Source: Tubiluchus corallicola
Taxonomy: Eukaryota; Animalia; Priapulida
Direction of reading: 5' to 3'
NCBI GenBank assembly: GCA_030141605.1
Contig: JAQGDQ010000070.1
Location: 434,001 to 498,000, forward strand
DNA: 64,000 bases
The notes below the pieces were generated by a model, which was not told the DNA's origin, did not search any database, and saw only the letters and a program-made list of their open reading frames with translations. Both the position numbers and the translations under genes were made by a program. Numbering within the stretch: the first letter of the stretch is position 1; the number at the start of each line of letters is the position of its first letter. Below, piece after piece: positions 1-12,254 of the stretch.

Positions 1-336
1 TGCATTTATGTAACAAATTAAAGTACGCAATTCCGAGTATACGACATTTCTACAAAACAATTTAAGTTAAACCACAAAGGTTTTATGGATCGAAAAAATT
101 TCTTTTATTCTTTTATGTTAGAAATCTGCCTGTCCAATGTCTACAAGAAACATAATGGACATACGATGATGAATTGTCAGCATAACTGTATAGACGTAAA
201 CAGCTGTTAAAAATGAATAAACAACTGATGGAACATACGGTAAAACAATTTCTTTTTCAAAGGGGCAAGCTATTAGTCAGTGTGTAGCAATACTTTGAAA
301 AGTGTCATAAAAAACATGAAAAAGTACATTACTTAC

Positions 337-891
337 CTCGGTCTTATGTCCCTTTGCATTGATAAATAATTCAAATTCAGCATTGCTTACTTCATGCACA
401 TCCATCCAGAACGAATCCACCGCCGTCCGCCGCTGAGGTCCCTCTCCGTCTCCAATATGGTGCTGCTCATTTGTACCCATTAGAAACTCGCCGCCCTTAA
501 TATGAACCATCTGATTTGTCCTGGGCCACGGCACGTCAGTACCGGGACCGACTTTCTCTGCCTCACCTTGATGCTTCTCGGTCATAACGGATTCTTGTTC
601 AACGGTCGCACAGTCTAATGCATCTAAATCATCTATAGAACACTTTTGTTCTTTATTTTGGCTATCAGAAACCTGTTCACTTGAACGTTCTACCTCACCA
701 GCCTGTTCCTCAAGTGTTTTCTCGGAGAGAACAGACTCTCGACTTACAGAAGCACAACCGCAACCGACTTGGTTCGACTCGTCTTTAGAACAATGCTTGT
801 CACTTTCTTCATCAGTCGATGTTTTGACTGTTGTTGAAAGTAACACGACAAGCACGAGACACGCAGCAGCTCTTGTATTTAATCTCATCAT
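337..891 (-). CDS. SUMF1: Formylglycine-generating enzyme (sulfatase-modifying factor 1), first coding exon; gene continues beyond the left edge
   Basis: Signal peptide (MRLNTRAAACLVLVVLLSTTVKT) and a CGC motif, then the FGE N-terminal signature MVHIKGGEFLMGT..DGEGPQRRTAVDSFWMDVHEVSNAEFELFINAKGHKTE. Phase-0 donor GAG|gtaagt at 337/336; the ORF-track tail 277-336 is intron. Acceptor ...ttttttttagcag| at 913 lies just upstream of the ATG. Confidence 0.9.
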
Positions 892-2911
892 GATTATCTG
901 TCAGCGTAACATCTGCTAAAAAAACTACAAAAACAAAGTAAAAACGTGTGTAATTTCAAATCTAAATTACCAGACAATCATGAAAAACAGCTGCAAATAG
1001 CAGTACTGTTTTGCAGCAGTTTTTCATTCATAAAACCAACAATGACCTTCAAAGAGTAACAAAGGTTAAAACAAAAACAAACTTGCAAATACGTTTGTTA
1101 GCTAGCTACTAGTGTATATATAATTTAGCTCATTATATGCCAACTACACAGACATAAGAAACACAGACGGTCACGTATACAAATATGTTACTCAAACACA
1201 TACAAGGGAGCATATATCACGTTCTCAATAAAACATTGGCAAATATTTGCAAAATAAGATACTGGTCAATATTAGACTCAAAGTGCTATGTGGTCTCTAT
1301 TATACGCACACAGTTAAGTGTAAAATTACTACATGTAGGCTACCTTGTGTTTGAACACTGCAGTTTGAAGTATTTTGAGCTTTTGAATACACATCGCAAC
1401 AATCAGTAAGGAAAATAGCTTATGAAAGGAAATTAAATCTATTTGTTCTTTTGATGTGTACTTAATTAAAGTACTTTTGGCACATGTGCTTAACTAAGGC
1501 ACTTGCTGCTTCACATACTTAACTAACAACAGGTGTCTTTTTTCTTTCACTTGCTTTCTCTCTTTGTCTTGAGGTATGCAACACCACACCTATTGCAAAG
1601 TGCTGTAGCATTTTTGTGCGCATATGCAACACCACCAAAAAAACAACCAGTCCAGTATATGACAAAATTACCTTTAAATCTGTATGAAACTAAAGTCACT
1701 AAACCAAATTCTCTTCAAAGTCAAAGTCAAAAGTCAAACAAAACATGTTAAAGAGAAAAAGTCATTTACTTAACTAAGAGTTAAATATAATAAATTCATG
1801 GCACTGCACAAATAATGGTTGATTAAAAATAGACAGTTAAATAGTACTAACTGCTTTAAATGTATGTAAAACTTACAATTATTATTTTGCAAAATACAAA
1901 TATAATTAAAAAAGTAGCTAAATACGTAGGTAACAACTGAACAAAAACTTTTACGTACTTCACCATACATACAACAAAGTTAACAATTTATTTCGATATA
2001 CAGCACGCGAAATTAAAGTAAAATAATTGCTATAAACAACAATCCCCATTTTATTTTTATTATGGCAAATAAAAATAAATGTTATTATTATTAAGGCACA
2101 TAAATAAAAATACATAAGTATGTGTGCAAAACCAAAAGAATCAAATGATGACAGTACATCATGTTCTGGGAAGTTCAAACTTTAAAAACTGAAGTAATTC
2201 GAAACCATACTAGTAAAATCACCAAAATAAGGTATGCATTTTCATTCAGAGCAAACAATTAAAATGTTTACTTGTCTACAAAACATACGTAAGGTTTTTA
2301 TTTACATTTTAAAACTCAAACGAAAACGTATTATTTTAAAACGCCCAAGTCAGTAGATATCAAACTGCACAAGGATTTGTAAACATGGTAGGTTTTAAAA
2401 ACATGCATTTTGTACACCAGCTTATACGCGAAATTTGTCCAATGGTACTTTTTGCATTGACGTTTTAGATCAGAATTAATAATAACATAATTTTGTTTCA
2501 TTTGTTTTGGAAGTCATAAATTTATTTTATTAATTTATCGTTAAATTGTAACTTACGTAAAAAGTGTGTCTAACAATGAAATAACTACAATGTAACATTA
2601 AAATAAGATCAAGTATTGTGCGTTATTTTATCGGTATGTTTTGTCGTTTGACTACTGCATGTAGAAATTTAAGAGGCACTGACACAATAAGTGCACAAGC
2701 AAGACATCATGTTCGTTCGCATAGCCACAAATCACTTGTAAGCATCATCTAGAAAACTATGAGATCACTCTTGAGCTCGGAAGTAAATGTTGTAGTGATA
2801 TTAAATTCACCATTTCACACAAGAACGTGAAACTATTGCTGTTGAACAGCAGAATAATTGCTTCTAATTTTGATAACTGTATTGTTTTCTTACAACGTTC
2901 ATTGCTCAGTC

Positions 2912-4027
2912 TTAAGTTGAAACATCTGCACCGCTAGCAGACTGCGCTGAACTGTCACCCGCAGATTCGCTATCTGGGTAAGTTGATGAGAAAGATGCAA
3001 AATAATCAGCTGCAAAGCTAAAAGTTTCGTCAGGCTTCCTTAGCAAAACAAACTGTAAGAAATCAGCGAGTAAGGCTCTCAGCTCCGGGTGAGCTCGAAG
3101 GTACGAGGCGTGGTCGGATTTCAACTGTTCCTTTCTGTCCAAATAAGCCGAATGCACCTGCATGTCCTTTTCCCACTCCATTGGATTCACCCCGGATCCA
3201 CCTGACCGTGTTGGCATGCGGATGAGTTTCATAGCAACTGGCGAGCCAACTTGAAACCAACGAGCCATCTGTCCATCCGGTAGGTACCAAGCCTTCCAAG
3301 ATGTCGGCTTGTCATGCTGCGAGTATATTGTTCTTTCTATACCAAACACAGTCTGTTCTTTGTTACCGACCACCTGCTCTTCTTCCCCAAGTGATACGTA
3401 CGAAGTCGCGCAAAGATTCACTTCTGAGTCCAGAGACAAAAACGTCAGATCGTTCTCTAACCAACTCCGATCCAACACCAACAAGCGCTGTAGTAGCATA
3501 TTGGCACCTTCAGAGATGAAGCCTTCAATTTCCTCGTGCGTGAACATGCGCTGTTGCTTAGTAACCTCGTCTCCTTGACTTACAATTCTTCTGACCACTA
3601 GGTCAGTGCCATCTTTTGTCACAAATGTTTTTCTGTGTAATGGATTGCTATCAAGACGCACATATTCATGATGCTGCTGATTCAGTGTTTCCAGTGAAGT
3701 GGTAACATGAGCAACAACCGAAGTGCCACAAGGAACACTGTCTATAACACCATGACTGTTTGCATGAACCACGAGGCAATCGTGGCCTTGAAACTTTGAA
3801 CGTTCTACACATACTGTAAATTCCCCAAGTTCTTTGCCTGTATCAGAATAAGTGACCAATGCATCCGTGAATAAAACAGAAGAAGGGTCTTGCAATGGAA
3901 TGGAATGGAGGAAATTCTTGGCGGCATCACTTGCAGTAGGTGGAGTGACTGGCTCTGAAGATGTAGCGCATGACTGGTCATGAGTCAATTGTGCCGAGGG
4001 GCTCACCAGTGGAGAACCAAAATCCAT
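2912..4027 (-). CDS. CATIP: Ciliogenesis-associated TTC17-interacting protein (C2orf62 family), uninterrupted CDS
   Basis: Recognised family segments D.LV..SD.G..LGEF.V.V and VHANSHGVIDSVPCGTS, GFISEGANMLLQRLL, WE.DMQ..S.YLDRKEQLK. C-terminal RIIa-like docking domain YLRAHPELRALLADFLQFVLLRKPDETFSFAADYF. First ATG at 4027; acceptor ttttttccag| at 4057-4058. Confidence 0.85.
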   Translation of the reverse strand: MDFGSPLVSPSAQLTHDQSCATSSEPVTPPTASDAAKNFLHSIPLQDPSSVLFTDALVTYSDTGKELGEFTVCVERSKFQGHDCLVVHANSHGVIDSVPCGTSVVAHVTTSLETLNQQHHEYVRLDSNPLHRKTFVTKDGTDLVVRRIVSQGDEVTKQQRMFTHEEIEGFISEGANMLLQRLLVLDRSWLENDLTFLSLDSEVNLCATSYVSLGEEEQVVGNKEQTVFGIERTIYSQHDKPTSWKAWYLPDGQMARWFQVGSPVAMKLIRMPTRSGGSGVNPMEWEKDMQVHSAYLDRKEQLKSDHASYLRAHPELRALLADFLQFVLLRKPDETFSFAADYFASFSSTYPDSESAGDSSAQSASGADVST

Positions 4028-4406
4028 GTTTTTGTATTTGAGCACAGAAATTTGGCCTGGAAAAAATAATGTGTTGGTTTAGAAGTATATTTCTGACTGA
4101 TTATTAAAAACATCAAGTAGTCAAAACTTGTCTGTAACATCTATACCTCTGAATGTCTCAATTTTTTCAAAAAGGAAAAGATAAAATTGAAAAAATCTTT
4201 TCTGTACCACTCCAAAGTCTTCTAAACATTTGTAGCAATAAGATTTAAATAAACAATGTACATATTAAAGTCAAAATGCAGAACAAGAGCAAAGCATTTT
4301 GTTTAGTCCCAGATCTGTCTATCTGTCTAAATATGATGGTATATGGTCCATTACATCGGTTACTTCTAGATGTGATTAGTGATCCTAAGCTTCACAATCA
4401 GGCCCG

Positions 4407-4514
4407 TTAGGACAAATATCTTAGGGATGATTATGTTTTGCATCTTTACAAATACCCATTGTGTTGAATGGGTTTTAAAAATTGCTAACAAATATCCCCC
4501 TAGTTTGTTTCTAA
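4407..4514. repeat. Degenerate foldback (inverted repeat)
   Basis: Central acccatt-gtgttg-aatgggt palindrome, with imperfect pairing extending to ttaggacaaa / tttgtttctaa. Confidence 0.4.
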
Positions 4515-6107
4515 AAACATACATGAAGAATTTTTAATGTATCTTGGGTTAAGTGTAATTGCAAAGCTAGCTATTACCAGTGGTACAATGAGCAACACAC
4601 AGCAAATATTTTCTCTCAAAGTTAGGCTAAAGCACTTTTAGACCTGCTTAACAGTGCTACCCGTTACACATTTGCCTAACAGCAAGTGATACCGCCAAAA
4701 ATCTACCGCTATATGATAAATACGAATAAGCCACTCCGTACAAATTTAAACAATGATGACCAATGTCAAAAAAGACGAGATACGATGTAAGAGACAAATT
4801 AATGTACGTCACAGATGTCTTAACAGCATTATATGCCCCCAGGCAGAACAGTGTACTGGGGCCCCTACCTACGCAACCATTCAGAGGAATAAAAGTGTAA
4901 ATGGTCGATAAATTTAAACATATATTTATTGTACTAGTATTTACAACAAAATCAGTATTTAAACATTAAAAAACATGCTGCACAGCCAAGATTAATCAAC
5001 ACAAATGTCTGAACAATTTGTAGCATGAGCCTTAAAAAATAAAATACATAAGATTATTTATGTATTTGTTGCATTTGTTGGTGATCTTACCACCACTCTT
5101 TCAAATTATTACAGCCTAAAATTCGACCAGTCTCATAAAATAATTGAAATGTAGAGCAGGAAGTTGTTCAGCAATGCAAACTTTGTGGAAAAAATGTCAA
5201 CCTTTTTGAACAAATTCAGAAAGAAAAAACTGTTTATTAAGGTTCACGTATTGAGTCAGGCATTGAAAATTTTTGCGATGTTAGTTTTTGGGGTCTACCA
5301 TACTGCCAGATTTTTATTTAATTATCTGTAAACCACACCATCACGTCCTGCTGCTTGTTACTGCTAAAAAATCCAATGATTTGTTAGTAGACTGTGGTCC
5401 TTCGTTGCAGTGCACTTCATCAACATAAATCTTAAATCACCAGCCTTTCTATTTTCGTGCCCAAACTGCCCACTACATATATTGTCAACAACTATTTCGA
5501 TAATATAATATAATATAATATAACTGGCAATCAATTGTGCCTCTTTTTATTTTATTCTTATTTTGGCTATATTTATGCTTTGAAAATATTATCATGACTT
5601 AATCGTCGTCATAACATCATCGTACTAACAAGTGTCATTCATGTATTCCTCATCAACACGCTGAATTTCTACCTTTTGCACCTTGTCCTCACTCTGCAAG
5701 AAAGTGTGTGTGTGAGCGAGTGAGTGTGTGAGACTGAGTGAGCATGAGAGAGATCAGTTAATGCACTTCCGTATTGTTTCTTAAATTTTAAATTTACCAT
5801 TAATCTGGGCAGCACCACACAAGATTTTCTTCCTGGTGTTGTCCAGAGGCATACCAGTAGTCTCAATAAAAATTATATATCAATGTTTTTTTGTAATATT
5901 TGTATTGATTTAACGCTTTTTGTAAAAATTATCATGGTATTCTCATGGTAAATCTTAGCAATAAATTCTAAATTCTAAATAATAGTACGATATTTCAGTC
6001 AGGCAAAATTTATCGCAAAAGTACTTTGACAATTGTGGACGAATTACGGTCTATCCCAAGTACAATAGGACAATACAGGAAAACGGCCAACATGCATATA
6101 CTTTAAA

Positions 6108-6774
6108 TGTGTGCTTGCGTACCAAAACCGTCCATAAGTCGGCATAGTTAAAACTTCGTTATGATGCTTCAAAGTAGAAAGACCCAAAAATTTAGTCAAA
6201 TGTCCATTTTTCTTATTTTATAAAAACCAGCGCTAAATATATTGGAATTTCATATTTTAGCATCAAATTATCAAAAAAGTGTTCGAAAATACTAAAAATT
6301 TAATTTTATAACTCCTTACCTACTTTCCTGTCTAGAAACTAGTAATGCAAATATAAAAAAACTCCTATTTCCAAGCTCCGATTGTAACTCGTGGAAGTTG
6401 TCATTTTGCTTCGGATATTTTCTGTTGCCAAGCCCAAATCTTCATCAGGGAGAGCCATCTACCGGACTTAAACATAACTTCAATGTGCCTCTGAAAAGTC
6501 CGTAGCAACCAAAGTTTGCACGGTTATTAAGTGCTTTGAAGAGACGCAACAAAAAACAATGGTTGACTTTAACAGCGATTTTCTTAAGATTACGTTTTTC
6601 AGTGCATAGCTTGCACCTCAACTTCAATGTGGATTATCTCAGCTTAGAAATAACATAAAGCGATGAACTTGGTATCAAAATGATCCTCATGGAATGGAGA
6701 TTCAGAATATGTGAATAACTAGAAAAGCTTAATTGCCGACTTATGCTTGGACGATTTTGCTATGCAAGCACACA
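6108..6774. mobile_element. Non-autonomous DNA transposon (MITE-like) with ~55-bp imperfect terminal inverted repeats
   Basis: tgtgtgcttgcgtaccaaaaccgtccataagtcggca at 6108 pairs with tgccgacttatgcttggacgattttgctatgcaagcacaca ending at 6774. No transposase ORF inside. Confidence 0.7.
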
Positions 6775-7339
6775 AATTAGTTATACTATAGTTATACATA
6801 ATTTAAGTTACAATAAATTAGTTCAGCTTTAGGATCTCACTCATTATGTTACTTTAGGAAACGGCTAGAGTAACTCTACCTTTATTAAGTTCGTGAACTG
6901 CTTATGACGTCCATAAATTACTTATTAACAACATAGTAACAAAAGTTCTGAAAACCTATGATAAAAACATTTAACACACACGTCTTTCGATTCAACGTTA
7001 TGGCCATGGTTGGCAAAACCGCAAAACCACAGATGTTGATTATCTTTGCATGCATCACACATAGCCGCCGCCAGAGCACACTTATTTTAAGATTTAACTA
7101 GAATCCGTGCTTCCGCATAACCAGGGCCCCTGTAAATATAGTAAATGATACAGTAGCTCTGGCATAATTTAAGGAGAAGACACAATACACTGAATCATTT
7201 TTCCACAGTTGATGACTTCGCGATATTTGGCAATGGTTGAAATCTGAGCTTATATTAAGTTATAATTATTACTGTTAAAATTCTCGAGAAAATTATAAAT
7301 TATCATTGTAAATAATACTGTACTAAGCATATAACATGC

Positions 7340-7810
7340 CTTACTATCAATATAGCTTTCAAAGAAATTGCGCTTGTTTTGCACAAATGCTTGAATGCTT
7401 GTGGTACTGGACAAATTCATTTGATAAACCAGGTGTTGGCATGGACATGATCTATACAGATCTTGCAGAAGCTTTTGAATTTATTCCACATAAGCGTTTA
7501 CTATATAAAATTATATAATTAGTAAAATCATATTACTAGCTGGCACTCTTTAACTGGATCAAACCTTTACTTCCTTGGGATGTCAACATACAGTTTTAAA
7601 CAATGTTCAGTCAGACTCAACATCTGTGATTTCCAGTGTTCTTCAAACAATTATTCTGGGACTAATTTTATTCATTTTATTTATAAATGATTTACTGATT
7701 GTTCTGTGAGTACAACCAATCTTTTTACGGTTGACTGTAAAATTTATAAGAAAATCACTACAAAATCTGACTTATGTTCACAGTTTTTACTTTTGAATGC
7801 TAATAATTGG
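7340..7810 (+). mobile_element. Decayed CR1-like non-LTR retrotransposon reverse transcriptase fragment
   Basis: DMIYTDLAEAFEFIPHKRLLYK (cf. D.IY.DF.KAFD.VPH.RLL.KL), then after frameshifts SSVLQTIILGLILFILFINDL (cf. SGVPQGSVLGPLLF.L.INDL) and VDCKIY (cf. ADDCKIY). Confidence 0.75.
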
Positions 7811-9393
7811 AATTGTACCTGTCAGCAGTGATTCAGCACGTGGTATGTAAGTCTATTAGAATAGAATGCAAGCCTACCTATCAGTGAAATCTTAATATAC
7901 TGCGATTTTTCCTTTCTCCTTTAAAAATCCTTCAAAAATTTAACATCTTACAAAATATATTACGTAAACTGACCTGTTTTCGATTTTAACATTTGCATTT
8001 TGCCCACAAAAATTGTTTTGAAATGCTTACCAATTTTTTTAACTCTTTAAAAAATGGGCTACGTATCGATTTGAAAAAAGGTTTTAAAAATTGCAAACGT
8101 TCATAATGGCCGTCAGTTTTCAACATCTGGTGAACTAGGATTTTATCCACCTGCTCAAGAAGAATCTGTTTTCTGTCAATTTTTTCTTTTCGTAAATCAA
8201 CTCTGACACGGAAAATGTAGGTCGTACGGTTGCCATAGTTGATGACATATCGGTATCTCTAGTGTGAAACCCTATGAAGAGAATTTACTATTCTTAAAAC
8301 TTTGCTAAATATAAAAACCACTGCACATTATTTAAACATCAATGGGTTATCAGAATAAGCTTTTGCTCACTATTAATAACGGCACTGTGCAGATGTATTT
8401 CACTTGTTGTTCACCAGGGTAATATCCACATTAAAATTGCAAAAAATCCTAGATTAGTATTATCGCCGGGGAATCGGTCACTATATGTTACGTCATGGTA
8501 TGCGCGTCACTAAATGAAGACAACAATTGTTACCATGACTACGAATGTTGTAAGTTTATTGTCATTGCATTGACGTAAAAAACGTCAGACTTTCTTGTTT
8601 TACCTCATTTTTCTTCCACTGTAGCGACTGGAAGGATTTTTTTGTTCTTGACATTGGTTGTACAGACGCCGGATGAATATAAATTAGGATTCAGAGCATT
8701 TGGACCAACGTCGTAGGGCAGCTCCGATGCATTCGTCACAGCCTTCTGTGGTTCTGACCAGGAGCAAGAGTCTCCCATGGCTGACTGAGGAGCTGTCCTA
8801 CAAGTGGATATTAGTGGTAATACTTCGTCGTTTGATTTACTCAACTGCTACACTGTAATCTGACACCACACGCGCTCTCTCATTGACCTCAGATTGCATC
8901 TTTGTGCTTCAGTTTTCCCGATTTCGACACAACACGATGCCTGCAGCACCAACGGGATGTTACTGGTGTTCATATTCAGTTTTTCGATTACAAGGAAGAT
9001 GAAATTAATGCAAGTGTACATTGAAAGAAATGTGTTGAGCGATTAGAATCTGATGTGAATTTGACTAATGAAGGTTGTTAAATTGAGTCTGACTGTTTGG
9101 TGTACATGACAACGTTTACAACATCTACATGGCTGAGAAAAGTACTAACAAATTATTATGAGCCAAAAAAATGTACATTTTCAAGTTATGTTCAGAATGA
9201 AGCTCTGACACAGAGTAAGATGACTATATTACAGATTTACGTCAGCTGGCAAATAATTTAGCTGTAGACAAAGTTGGCACAGCACACAGGATTTTCCTCT
9301 AACCGAGTGCTGTGCGCTCAGTGGCTTATTGTACTAATTAAGTGAGGTAAGCAGTGTAAGTGAGGAGGTAGACCTGTATAAAAAAGAAAAATA

Positions 9394-9805
9394 GGTTCAT
9401 TAGGTAGTCACCATTGTACCTGGAACAGTCTGGTAAATGGAAATTGCAAATGGAAAACCTGAGCTCATCCAGGGCAACAACTTTTGTGCCTGGGAGAGCC
9501 CGGTAAGAATATGGGGGATCTTAGCATGAGGGAAATCTGAGCTCATCCAGTACAGCGACTATTGTAGCTGGGATAGGCCTAAGTAAAAACGTTGCTCATC
9601 CTGGACGATCACTATTGTATTTAACAAAATGAGGATTTTGAACAATGGGGAGGGGGACTGGTCTCATCCAGGCATAACTTGTCAGGATGAAAATTTCAAG
9701 CTTGGGGAAATGGCAGGGGCAGACACTTTTGTATCTGGGAGAATCCTGTAAGCTGGTAGGAAAAGCCAGGTTCATTCAGTGGAGCCATTGTACCCGGGAA
9801 GACAC
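9394..9805. repeat. Degenerate array of about 6-7 copies of a 40-45-bp motif with variable spacers
   Basis: Recurring g(c/t)tcatccag...(a/t)ttgt(a/g)cctgggaga.cc.gtaa at about 9394, 9461, 9539, 9594, 9661, 9720 and 9769. Confidence 0.6.
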
Positions 9806-11300
9806 AGAAATTTTAGTTTTTGTTATTGTTCATCTTTTTACTTTTCTAACATTTTGATCACTTTTAAATCTTGGTACTATTAGAAAAAGTAAAAGCTACA
9901 TACTATTTTGCAATGACGAAATTTTTTGCTTACAGTAAAGGCACAACAGCATCAAGAATATGTGCAAGAATAGCTATAATCATTTTAAAGTGATTTTACG
10001 TAAAAATATTTTTAGCCTTCGACAACGGATTTTATATCCATACAATGAAGTAATACACCGTTTTATTTTTAATACTGATGTACTTTTAATTTCAAAACTT
10101 TTGCCTATTGAGAATATGCACTTACTAACCTTTTTTAGTATTTAGCTTACTAATCCTCTGTTCTTTGTGTAAATATTTATTTTATTTGTTTTGTAATAGT
10201 ATTTTTAAATAGTGGCTTTTAATTTTATTATATTTACTGTTCTACGGTACCTGTCATATTGATATAAACGTGACTTAAATGAATATATCCTTTTGCTAAT
10301 GTTAGTCTTAATTAGTGCAGTTTGCAATTAAGACCTTGATAAAATCCCGATTAATGATCCAAACACTTACTGAAAATTACTATTGTTTTCACGGTAACGG
10401 GGAGAAGTTTCTGTGCATGGGTTATTCTTTTATGATAATGCAGATTAAATTGCTTTCAAAACTCTGTGAGCACCATAGATTCTAGCTGACATACGTGCAT
10501 CAATCGTCTACTATGGAAAGGGCCAACCCCTGCTGTTTTCTGTACGATTTTAGCTATTCAGATTTCCTGGATGTTACTTTTCAGGTGATCCAAACGTCTA
10601 GTAAGTCGTAAAAGATTTTTAAAAGTATAGGTGTTGTCCAAGACTCTTAGAATCTAAGGCTTTCCTGTAAAGGAAAGGAAAGCCAGCATACAACAGAAAA
10701 CTTTCACAAATTTACACATTCACGGAACAGTAGTCATTCGTTATTTTCACACACTAAAGTTCGTGCATTAATTTCGTGTGTTAATGGGGGGAACTTTTCG
10801 AAACTTTGGTATAAACACCAAAATTAAATATCTATTTGATTTCAGCTATTCAAATTGACTTTGTGGCAAGTTTAGTGATCATACTTAATACATTTGACCA
10901 AGGTGTAACATTCTAATCGTGGCACGACTTGGTGTAACGATAAATGGTCAATACCATGTTACGTTGGTGATTAAGACACGACAGGTACTCTAATTAAAGC
11001 TAAGCATATAGAACCTCATTAATTACTAACTAGTGACATTCTCAAAAACCTGATTATGACCAAAAAATAATACTCACTAAATGTTAGTATGCTCATCGTT
11101 TTGTATAATACATTTAACGAAAGTAAAGTGATAATGTAATAACCAATCGTGACTTGGTGGAACGATGCTGTCGACGCATAGGATATGACAGGTAATCAGC
11201 AACAGCAGCTAATCTTGTCAGAGTATAGCACTTCTGGTGAGATTCATTGGCGATATCACTCATGAGTTTTCAAGTGATTCAGACAGAAGTTTTAAATCTA

Positions 11301-11600
11301 CAAGTCAAATAAGTGAATGCCGAAAGAAACTTCGTATGCTACTATTATTATTATTTATAGCAATTGCTCAATGTGACCACCATTTTCAATGCAGCCTAGA
11401 TGAAAGCGTTTCTTCTAACAGGGCAACAGCTGATACATTTCTCACCTTAAGGGGAAGGCCTGCTTGATCACAGTACTCGACAGCTTTTGCTTTTTAGTTC
11501 CTCTGCTTTGTTCGGCCATCATGCACTCTTTTTTCCTTAGGGGAATTCCAGATACCGTAATCCACAGGATTAAGTCCCAGTTTTTCTTGACAATTATCGG
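11301..11600 (-). mobile_element. Tc1/mariner transposase 3' remnant with probable terminal repeat
   Basis: Minus-strand LNPVDYGIW (11548-11574; cf. SPDLNPVDY.IW), then a frameshifted C-terminus CIENGGHIEQLL* (stop 11355-11357; cf. C...GGH.E.LL). The element appears to end at a TA at 11299-11300. Confidence 0.65.
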
Positions 11601-12254
11601 TGCTTTATTTTCTGTAATGTAGACCATGATACGTAGTTGAAACACAGTGTAATTGATTGATACTTTTTTACTTTGCTGACATTTATACATGCACGAACAT
11701 ATTAGTACTTTCTGCAATAGTTGGCTTCGTGACTTTTTGCTTGTAATTCAATAACCCAAAACCATTATTAAGCCTGTACTGCTGTTGACCTAGCTATTGA
11801 CATCGTGTAGCAATTAACATAATAGCGACAGGTCGTGCTGGTGATGCATAGTATCAGTGTAATTCTAACACCTAGATAGAGATTCTTGTGAGATTTGATT
11901 GGCTTGTTGTTAGCAGTTTTACCATCACTGTCAAAAACTATCATTGTGTCTACACAGTAGCCACTATCAAAAACATAAACTGCAAAAACACAAGTTAGGC
12001 ATTTATACAAAATTTGAAGTCTATTGAAATAATAGCAAAGGTTATGAAATAATAGCAATGGTTACAATTAAGTATAAGAAATTCAGCGATTGCAAAATTA
12101 GGCGTAAAACATAAATATACGTGTTCTACACTTATGCTCTCGATTGCCGATTCCGTCACCTGATCATGTCGTCTCACCATTATTCTTGTTTCTATAATCT
12201 TTCTCAGAAATTAAATTTAATAGAACTGAGTGATTAATGTTATAATTACGCACA

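Noticed and set aside
8605-8844. 79-aa ORF in a CpG-richer region
   Set aside because: No recognisable protein; more likely promoter or leader sequence.
9394-9805. Repeat-spacer pattern as a CRISPR array
   Set aside because: Repeats are highly degenerate, spacing is irregular, there are no cas genes and the context is eukaryotic.
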